Assembly (NCBI GenBank): GCA_031391665.1
Contig: JANMUN010000153.1
DNA: 64,000 nucleotides
Reading direction: 5' to 3' (one strand)
DNA from: Ferruginibacter sp.
Lineage (GTDB): Bacteria; Bacteroidota; Bacteroidia; Chitinophagales; Chitinophagaceae
Part shown: positions 57,244-64,000 of the stretch, piece by piece
Layout of the letters: each line of letters opens with the position of its first letter
Position numbering within the stretch: the first letter of the stretch is position 1
The notes under the pieces: model-generated
Told to the model about the DNA's origin: nothing
The model's database searches: none
The model's input: the letters and a program-made list of their open reading frames with translations, nothing else
Made by a program: the position numbers and the translations under genes

Positions 57244-57702
57244 CTAATTCAATTTCCAAATAGCATAGTTCAATACCGAAGCAAAACTTACCCAACAAAT
57301 ATAAGGCACCAAAAGCCACGCTGCAGTTGATGAGATTTTTCCGAACCAAATAATGGTTAGTAAAATCATTAACCACATAGCAATAATTTCTGCAAAGGCC
57401 CAGCCTGGTTGCTGCATTTTAAAAAATATAAGCGACCAAAAAAAGTTTATTGTTAATTGTACTGCAAATAAAATGATAGCTGTTTGCTTTACTGTTTTAT
57501 CTGCGTCGCTTTTCCAAACTAAAAATAATGCAATACCCATCATGATGTAAAGGGTTGTCCATACCGGTGCAAAAATCCAGTTGGGTGGATTAAACCAGGG
57601 TTTGTTGGCAACAGCATACCAGCCATCTACTCCCGAAGCTGTAAAAAAACCTGCAGTACCGCCAACTAAAAGTGGAATTAGTATTGCTATAAATAATTTC
57701 AT
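57244..57702 (-). CDS. tspO: TspO/MBR tryptophan-rich sensory protein
   Basis: Five TM helices; W..L.KP.F.PP.W.F..VWT.LY and Trp-rich C-terminal helices. Confidence 0.9.
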   Translation of the reverse strand: MKLFIAILIPLLVGGTAGFFTASGVDGWYAVANKPWFNPPNWIFAPVWTTLYIMMGIALFLVWKSDADKTVKQTAIILFAVQLTINFFWSLIFFKMQQPGWAFAEIIAMWLMILLTIIWFGKISSTAAWLLVPYICWVSFASVLNYAIWKLN

Positions 57703-57745
57703 TTTTTTACAACAGTATAAATAAAAATAAGTTTAACAGTCTGGT

Positions 57746-58840
57746 TTAAATTGTACCAAATTTTTTATAATAAGCAATTAAAAAACCTGTTACATCATCG
57801 TAAGATTGCATGCCTTTTGGCTGGTTATTATTTTTAAGATAAAAGCCATAGCCTTTTCTTACCAGCGGTCCAAAGGGATTACGATGCTTTTGGAAAAAGG
57901 CCCTCATTTCTTTTATGTCGGCTTTTACTTCGGGTATCAGCAGCAATGAAAATTGTTTAGGGGTTACAGTATCCTTCCGCAAAAAAGATTGAATAAACAA
58001 TTGCCTGCTGGTATAATTGTACAGATCAAAATAAGTGGAATATAAAAGCAAACTGTCGCCGGAATTTAGTGCCGCTAAATATCCTACACTATTGGCTTCA
58101 TCTTCTTTTGCATAACCTAATTGATGAGCAACTTCGTGGCAGGTAACAAAGGGCTGTAAAAATTTTGGTACGCTTGTATTAACCTGTGCTTCGCCGGTAA
58201 ACGGATTGTAATAACCTGTAAAGCCTGTGTAATTTCCCAGCCATCCCCACATAGAAGATTTAACAGAAACATGGTTGTAATCTAAAAAAGAAAATTGTTG
58301 TTTTGATTTAGCATAAGCGTTTTCAACTTTTTTAAATAAATCTTTATTGGAAGGATAGCTGATTTTATTATTAAGCAGATATTTTTTTGAAGCATTCAGT
58401 TTTTCAATAAGCAAATTGGTAACTTCTTTAAGGTCGTCAAAACTAACCGAATCTTTTTTTAAATTCAACTGTATGGCAATGCCCTGCCGGTTATAATTAA
58501 TGCCCCAAAAAATATTGAACGTAACATAAATGGTTAAAACGATCAGCACCATTTTTTTTAATCCGTTTAAAAAGCTTTGTGTTGTTACTCTTTTTTTTAC
58601 CAGGGCCTTTATACCTCTTACCAATTTTATTATAACCCAAAGTACAGCTGCACCGTATAAAAAATCGCCAATGCTAAAAGGCAGCCAGCCAAAAATTATC
58701 CGGAAAAACGAGGCAATCGCAGGGTAAAACCCCAAGGCATAATTATGCTCTACCCAGTAATCATTGGTGCTGTACACTTTAATAAAAATGGCCAATGCCA
58801 TCAAAATAACCAGGCTTATCCAAAATTTTTTTCTGCTCAT
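57746..58840 (-). CDS. DUF3810-family membrane zinc-metallopeptidase-like protein
   Basis: N-terminal TM helices and the HEVAHQLGYAKEDEAN motif. Confidence 0.8.
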   Translation of the reverse strand: MSRKKFWISLVILMALAIFIKVYSTNDYWVEHNYALGFYPAIASFFRIIFGWLPFSIGDFLYGAAVLWVIIKLVRGIKALVKKRVTTQSFLNGLKKMVLIVLTIYVTFNIFWGINYNRQGIAIQLNLKKDSVSFDDLKEVTNLLIEKLNASKKYLLNNKISYPSNKDLFKKVENAYAKSKQQFSFLDYNHVSVKSSMWGWLGNYTGFTGYYNPFTGEAQVNTSVPKFLQPFVTCHEVAHQLGYAKEDEANSVGYLAALNSGDSLLLYSTYFDLYNYTSRQLFIQSFLRKDTVTPKQFSLLLIPEVKADIKEMRAFFQKHRNPFGPLVRKGYGFYLKNNNQPKGMQSYDDVTGFLIAYYKKFGTI

Positions 58841-59020
58841 ACAGCGTTAAAATTAGTTTTTCGCCAACATATTTAAAGAATTAGCTCCAATTTTACAGGA
58901 GATTTCTGGCAAAAGCTGCATTAAAGGGCTTAAACGTAGAATTTTGAGTAATAAATCTCTAATCGACTATCAAAAATCATAAATTTTACCCTACCTTTGC
59001 CGTCCTTTAAACCATCCGTA

Positions 59021-59581
59021 ATGGCTAATAAACGGGCATTTGAGATAGCTTTTGTGGGATTGAAACCCGGGATTCATGAGTTTGATTACGAAGTGGATGA
59101 TAAGTTCTTTGCTGAAAAAGGAGTTACAGATTTTACCAACTGCAACGCCAACATCAAACTTAGTTTAGATAAAAAAAGCAGCTTTATGCTGCTGAAGTTT
59201 GAAATTGGCGGTAAAGCAAATGTTACCTGCGACCGATGCGGAAACGCACTGCCAATGGATATTTGGGACGAATTTAATATGCTGGTAAAACTGGTAGAAA
59301 ACCCGGAGGAGATGAATGGACAGGAAGAAGACCCTGACGTTTTTTACATTTCCAAAACAGAAAGCCATATTGATGTGGGCAACTGGATATACGAATTTGT
59401 GCTGCTGAGTTTTCCAATACAAAAAACCTGCAGCGAAGAAGAAAAAGGCGGGCCGCTTTGTAACAAAGAAGTGCTGGAAAAACTGAGGCTGATGGAAGTA
59501 AAGCAGCAGGAAGAAAACAGTAACCAGATATGGAAAGGATTAGAACAGTTTAAAGTAAGTAAGAAGAGAAAAAGTAATTAG
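59021..59581 (+). CDS. yceD: YceD/DUF177 family protein (23S rRNA accumulation protein)
   Basis: CDRC...P motif (VTCDRCGNALP) and position directly upstream of rpmF-plsX. ATG at 59021. Confidence 0.8.
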   Translation: MANKRAFEIAFVGLKPGIHEFDYEVDDKFFAEKGVTDFTNCNANIKLSLDKKSSFMLLKFEIGGKANVTCDRCGNALPMDIWDEFNMLVKLVENPEEMNGQEEDPDVFYISKTESHIDVGNWIYEFVLLSFPIQKTCSEEEKGGPLCNKEVLEKLRLMEVKQQEENSNQIWKGLEQFKVSKKRKSN

Positions 59582-59669
59582 GGGTTTGGAAGTAGTTCAT
59601 TTGCCTCAAACAGCAAAATGAACAACGGCCAACCACCTGCAATCAACATAAAAATAAAAATTATACATC

Positions 59670-59864
59670 ATGCCAAATCCAAAAAGGCGCCATAGTCAGC
59701 AACGCAGTGCAAAAAGAAGAACGCATTACAAAGCGGTAGAAACTACTTTAAGTGTTGATAAAACAACCGGCGAAACACATGTACGTCATCGTGCTCATGT
59801 AAGTGAAGGAAAATTATTTTATAAAGGAAAGTTAGTAGCTGAGAAAGCGCCGCTAAAAGCCTAA
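59670..59864 (+). CDS. rpmF: 50S ribosomal protein L32
   Basis: MPNPKRRHSQQRSAKRRTHYK N-terminus; 64 aa. Confidence 0.95.
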   Translation: MPNPKRRHSQQRSAKRRTHYKAVETTLSVDKTTGETHVRHRAHVSEGKLFYKGKLVAEKAPLKA

Positions 59865-60013
59865 TTATATTTTCAACTTTGCATTCTAAACTCTACATTC
59901 GTTTACGGATTTGGTGTTTAGAATTTTTATTTAAAGGAACCTATTGTTTTTCTGTAAAGTCATAAGTACAATCTTGGCTTGCAGAAGAACACCTTACCAT
60001 AAAAGCAATTGAA

Positions 60014-60955
60014 ATGAATATAGCACTTGATATGATGGGTGGCGACTTTGCGCCACTGGAAGCTGTAAAAGGAGTTGCAGAATTTTTAGCCGCTGATACT
60101 GTCGGTGTTCAACTTACATTAATTGGCGACGAAGCACAAATTAAAACGCATATCACTGCACATCCCATTGCTGCAGATAAATATACCATCGTTCATACCA
60201 GCCAGGTAATTGAAATGAACGAACACCCCACCAAAGCTTTAAAAGAAAAAAAAGATTCTTCCATTGCCGTAGGTTTTCAATTGCTGGCAACAGGTAAAAC
60301 AGATGCATTCATAAGTGCTGGCAATACCGGTGCAATGATGGTGGGATCACTGTTTAGCATTAAAGCCATTGAAGGTGTATTGCGGCCTACCATTGGCGCC
60401 TACATACCACGTGAGGATGGTAGCTTGGGTTTATTGGTAGATGTAGGATTAAACGCCGATTGCAAACCCGAAAACTTAAACCAGTTTGCCGTGCTGGGTT
60501 CTTTATTTGCACAGCACATTTTAAATTTTAGTAACCCTAAAGTTGGCTTGATAAATTTGGGTGAAGAAGAAGGAAAGGGTAATCTTTTAGCACAAGCCAC
60601 TTATCCATTATTAAAAGAAAACAAACAACTGAATTTTATTGGCAATATTGAAGGCCGTGATATTTTGCTCAACAAAGCCGATGTATTGGTTTGTGAAGGC
60701 TTTACCGGAAACGTAGTGCTGAAATTAGCAGAAAGTATTTATGATATTGTACAACGCCGCAACATACACGACGAACATTTTGACCGTTTTAATTTTGAAC
60801 AGTACGGCGGCGTACCCGTACTTGGCGTTGCCAAACCTGTAATTATTGGCCACGGCATTTCTCACGCCACGGCATTTAAGAATATGATACGCATTGCACA
60901 GCGCATGATTGAAACTGATTTGCTTGCAAAGATGAAGGACAGTTTTATTGCGTAG
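60014..60955 (+). CDS. plsX: Phosphate acyltransferase PlsX
   Basis: IALDMMGGD.AP, SAGNTGA and GFTGNV.LK motifs; conserved rpmF-plsX order. Confidence 0.95.
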   Translation: MNIALDMMGGDFAPLEAVKGVAEFLAADTVGVQLTLIGDEAQIKTHITAHPIAADKYTIVHTSQVIEMNEHPTKALKEKKDSSIAVGFQLLATGKTDAFISAGNTGAMMVGSLFSIKAIEGVLRPTIGAYIPREDGSLGLLVDVGLNADCKPENLNQFAVLGSLFAQHILNFSNPKVGLINLGEEEGKGNLLAQATYPLLKENKQLNFIGNIEGRDILLNKADVLVCEGFTGNVVLKLAESIYDIVQRRNIHDEHFDRFNFEQYGGVPVLGVAKPVIIGHGISHATAFKNMIRIAQRMIETDLLAKMKDSFIA

Positions 60956-61008
60956 GAACACGCCTTGCGGCATGTTCTTACAGAATTCGCCGCAAGGCGA
61001 ATTCCTAC
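60952..61008. repeat. REP hairpin doublet downstream of the RAYT gene
   Basis: gtaggaacacgcc-ttgc-ggcatgttcttac followed by gaattcgcc-gcaa-ggcgaattc. It overlaps the plsX stop and the RAYT 3' end. Confidence 0.8.
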
Positions 61009-61552
61009 GCCAAATCATCATCACCCCAATTTAATACATTGGTTTCAATATATTTTGCTATCCGTTCATACTCGCCGCTATTCCTGATTACCCTGTCGTG
61101 AAACCTGCTTTGCCAGTTAAAATCCGGGAAATTATTTTCATTGCACCACTTCTTTATATTGCCTTTAAAATGATTGGCGAAGGAGCTTAGCGAACCTTTT
61201 GATAAGGGGATAATCCTGTAATAGTGGTGTATTCTTTAACTTCTTTATTAATGATTTCAATAATTAAATGAATGTGATTGGGTAAAATACTCCATTTAGT
61301 AATACCAATAACAGAGCTGGTGTTATTTATAAAAAGCGGATTGTTTTGATAAGGGTTATCTAAAATTTCATCCGCATAAAATTTTAAGATATTGTTTTTT
61401 GCATATTCGCCAATAGGAGTATAAATCATTTGCCGGTTGACAATTTCGCCAAAAAAATGTTCCCTGTCTTTAGTAACAATGGTTATAAAATAATAGCCAT
61501 CCTGCGAATAATCGAAATTAAAAAGGCGGTATTGTTTATGCTTTTTATACAT
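61005..61552 (-). pseudogene. REP-associated tyrosine transposase (RAYT, IS200-like Y1/HUH), interrupted by a 1-nt frameshift near 61187
   Basis: The N-part has YFITIVTKDREHFFG and the HUH motif LPNHIHLII and stops at 61187-61189. A shifted frame continues SSFANHFKG...WQSRFHDRVIRNSGEYERIAKYIETNVLNW, which is the conserved RAYT C-terminus with the catalytic Tyr region. Confidence 0.8.
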
Positions 61553-61637
61553 CAAAGAATTTTGCTGGAGCTGATTCAAAAATAAAAAAATAATAGATAG
61601 CATACCAGGGAAAACGAAATAATTTTACCGCCTAAAT

Positions 61638-61708
61638 GTAGGAACACGCCTGTGTAGGAACATGCCTGTGGCATGTTCTCATGGAATTCGCCACAGGCGA
61701 ATTCCTAC
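61638..61708. repeat. REP hairpin doublet (plus partial extra unit) upstream of the RAYT gene
   Basis: gaacatgcc-tgt-ggcatgttc and ggaattcgcc-aca-ggcgaattcc are perfect hairpins, in the same order and orientation as the 60952-61008 copy. Confidence 0.8.
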
Positions 61709-61851
61709 AACGAATCATTATTCCCACGCAAATCATCCCATTTCCTACTCACACTTTAATTTATGGGCATCATTTTCCACAAAATTTTAGCAGCACAGCT
61801 ATAAAAATTAATGGCATGTTTTTTTGTCTCTTTTATTAAAATTAAAAAGAC

Positions 61852-62319
61852 ATGAATAACAACGAAAAACTTACCGAAACATTGAATGATCTTATTAAGA
61901 TTAACAATGACAGAGTTACAGGATACGAAAAAGCAGCGGACGAAACTAATACTGCAGATATTGATTTAAGAGCCATTTTTTTAAAAATGGCAAACGAAAG
62001 CCGTGATTACGTAAAAGAGTTGAGTGATACAATTATTCAGCTCGGCGGAACTGTAGCAACCGACACTACTTTATCAGGTAAAGTGTACCGGGTTTGGATG
62101 GATGTAAAAAATACTTTCACCGGTTCCGACAGGCAATCCATTTTAGAATCTTGCGAATTTGGCGAAGATGCAGCACAAAAAGCCTATAACGATGCATTAC
62201 ATACCGATGCAGAAATTGATGCTGAAACAAGGCAGCTTATCATGGATCAAAAAGACAGTTTAAAAACTTCGCATGATGTAATAAAAAAATTCAGAGATAT
62301 ACATGAAAGTGTAAAGTGA
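61852..62319 (+). CDS. DUF2383 / PA2169-family ferritin-like four-helix-bundle protein
   Basis: LNDLIKINNDRVTGYEKA and E.GED.A...Y motifs. Confidence 0.8.
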   Translation: MNNNEKLTETLNDLIKINNDRVTGYEKAADETNTADIDLRAIFLKMANESRDYVKELSDTIIQLGGTVATDTTLSGKVYRVWMDVKNTFTGSDRQSILESCEFGEDAAQKAYNDALHTDAEIDAETRQLIMDQKDSLKTSHDVIKKFRDIHESVK

Positions 62320-62554
62320 TTTTTAGCTGGCAGGCACCTGGCGCATTTCTACTGCAAAATAAAGAGGCGGTTTTAAAATTTTGTTTTAAGATCGCCTCTT
62401 TAAAAATTTGCCACAAGGCTAATTTCTGCATAATTGCCCAGGCATTTTTTTGTTACCAGCATTTGTTTACTATGGTCCCGTACATACGGGATTGCCACGC
62501 TCGGTTCAACCGCATACCATTGGGGAACTTTTACCACAGCGTAGACTGGATTTA

Positions 62555-63706
62555 CTATTGATCGTTCGCAGGTATGTTGAGTTTGGTAAGAGATAATAAA
62601 TATTTGCAACAGTCTCTGAAATCTTTATCTTCCGGTGAGGTTCTTACAATGAAATGATATTTGTTTTTGAAAAAGCCCTCCAGGATCCATTCAGCACCAT
62701 CATTTGGCTTTGGGAAAGGATCGTTTGGCACAGTTTCCCAAAAGTTTAGATATTTTATTTTACTTTTAAATTTTTCCCATTCTTCAAAAGTCATTTCTTC
62801 TTCCGTATTTACTTTAATTTCTTGAGGAATGTAACCTCGGTAATCTAATAATTCTTTTGTGAATAGTATATAGGTATTATTGTGTTTTTGAAATCTTATT
62901 GCAACAGGATTATGAAAAGATCTTAGCCATGTAAAACGATAGATCTCATCATCGCCTTTGAAAGTGTAGATATTGGGCTCTTTCATATCCAGTAAATCTT
63001 TCGAATACCATTTGTTGAGTGACGTATCTAATGAATTAAAGTTTGTAATTGAATTCTGCCCTTTTCTGTTTAAGGGAAAATACAAATTATTAGATGGCAT
63101 CAGTTTATATTGGTACTGACTTCCATTCTCGTCAACCTTTAAACCCATAAATTTAAAACTGCCATTATTTTTAATGAATTCAAAACTGTGGCTTCTATAG
63201 ACGGTGTAATTTTTTATAATTTCTTTGGTACGAAAGTATAGAGAATAACTTTCTACTTCTTTATTGTTTTGAAAATCAATATTTACTATTTCTGTGCTAT
63301 CTAATTTGCCTGCAAAAACTACTGGAGTGTCTTTGTTTAAGTAAGATGTAAATGCAGTAATATAATTATCCCTGTACGGCGCATTTAAGAAAAAATAGAG
63401 CGGTACTAATTTGTTATCACGGTAGTAATTAAAATTGTTTTGATAAACAGGGCAATAAACATTTTTTAATGATAACTTAATGATTTCATTCGTGTCATTC
63501 TTTATAAGAAGTTCACGAAACCGGTTCCAGAAATTTAATAACCTGATAGAATCTTTAATGGCTATTGGGGGTTCTTTTTTCAGTTCTGCCATTTGTGTAT
63601 CAACCACATCAATTACATTTTTGTTTACTGCTTCCTTTTGATTGTTACAGGCAATAAGCATTATTAAATGGAACGAACTGATAAGCATTGATCTCATAAG
63701 TTGCAA
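62555..63706 (-). CDS. Hypothetical lipoprotein
   Basis: Signal peptide with lipobox (LIMLIAC). No motif was recognised. Confidence 0.55.
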   Translation of the reverse strand: MQLMRSMLISSFHLIMLIACNNQKEAVNKNVIDVVDTQMAELKKEPPIAIKDSIRLLNFWNRFRELLIKNDTNEIIKLSLKNVYCPVYQNNFNYYRDNKLVPLYFFLNAPYRDNYITAFTSYLNKDTPVVFAGKLDSTEIVNIDFQNNKEVESYSLYFRTKEIIKNYTVYRSHSFEFIKNNGSFKFMGLKVDENGSQYQYKLMPSNNLYFPLNRKGQNSITNFNSLDTSLNKWYSKDLLDMKEPNIYTFKGDDEIYRFTWLRSFHNPVAIRFQKHNNTYILFTKELLDYRGYIPQEIKVNTEEEMTFEEWEKFKSKIKYLNFWETVPNDPFPKPNDGAEWILEGFFKNKYHFIVRTSPEDKDFRDCCKYLLSLTKLNIPANDQ

Positions 63707-63806
63707 TTTATCTCTAAGATGCAGGATTGTTTAAATTCAACAAACCTATTAATAAATATGAAAACTCTGTACTTGATACGTCGTTGCTTAAAAAGCAAAC
63801 GGCAAA

Positions 63807-63954
63807 AATGCCACCCCTTCGGGGTTTTGCTAACTGCTGCTGTTTCACTTCTATATTAATGTCAGCCTTTCAGGCTTAAAAATCCCAAAGGGATGGTATT
63901 ACTATAGAAAAATTATTGAAAGATAAAATTGCAAAACCCCGAAAGGGTGACATT
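63807..63954. repeat. MITE-like element with 24-bp terminal inverted repeats
   Basis: aatgccaccccttcggggttttgc (63807-63830) pairs with gcaaaaccccgaaagggtgacatt (63931-63954), 22/24 complementary. The interior holds small hairpins (agcctttcaggct, atcccaaagggat). Confidence 0.75.
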
Positions 63955-64000
63955 AGATTTTTAGGCAACAATTTATTTTGTTACACTACATACGTTGCTG

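Noticed and set aside
61180-61195. Programmed ribosomal frameshift in the RAYT gene
   Set aside because: No slippery heptamer or downstream structure is evident at the junction. A mutational frameshift or sequencing error is the simpler explanation.

Overview
Low-GC Bacteroidota-type chromosome segment. The phylum call is an inference from T9SS C-terminal sorting domains, SprB-type repeats and DUF4954/DUF3857/DUF4331/DUF3810 families; it looks Chitinophagaceae/Sphingobacteriia-like. Most of the 64 kb is ordinary core genome: rpoA-rplQ, carA, aroQ, glmS, mgtE, aguA/aguB, a DEAD-box helicase, a modF-like ABC ATPase, kynA, a yebC-family gene, dcd, yceD-rpmF-plsX, three tRNAs, two two-component systems and several large secreted or T9SS proteins. 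The stand-out is a 7.36-kb integrative element (about 40520-47894) inserted into the 3' end of tRNA-Leu(UAA). It has recognisable attL/attR, a tyrosine integrase, an Xis-like HTH protein and a phiX174-type two-tyrosine HUH Rep. On the opposite strand it carries a three-gene cargo module (45153-47519): an unknown protein with a basic tail, a HEPN-like R-x6-H protein, and a DUF4062 (TIR-like) protein. I consider this module the best candidate for an undescribed defence or addiction system. The window is also rich in small structured repeats. These include two copies of a ~150-bp nested-hairpin MITE-like element with compensatory stem substitutions, REP hairpin doublets flanking a frameshifted RAYT (IS200-like Y1 transposase), three other palindromic or TIR element families, and a 29-nt leader motif shared by two unrelated genes. 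Three exact 10-bp direct repeats at 21-bp spacing upstream of a LytTR response regulator look like its operator. No rRNA, CRISPR array or recognisable riboswitch was found. All homology calls come from motif recognition by eye, not from database searches.
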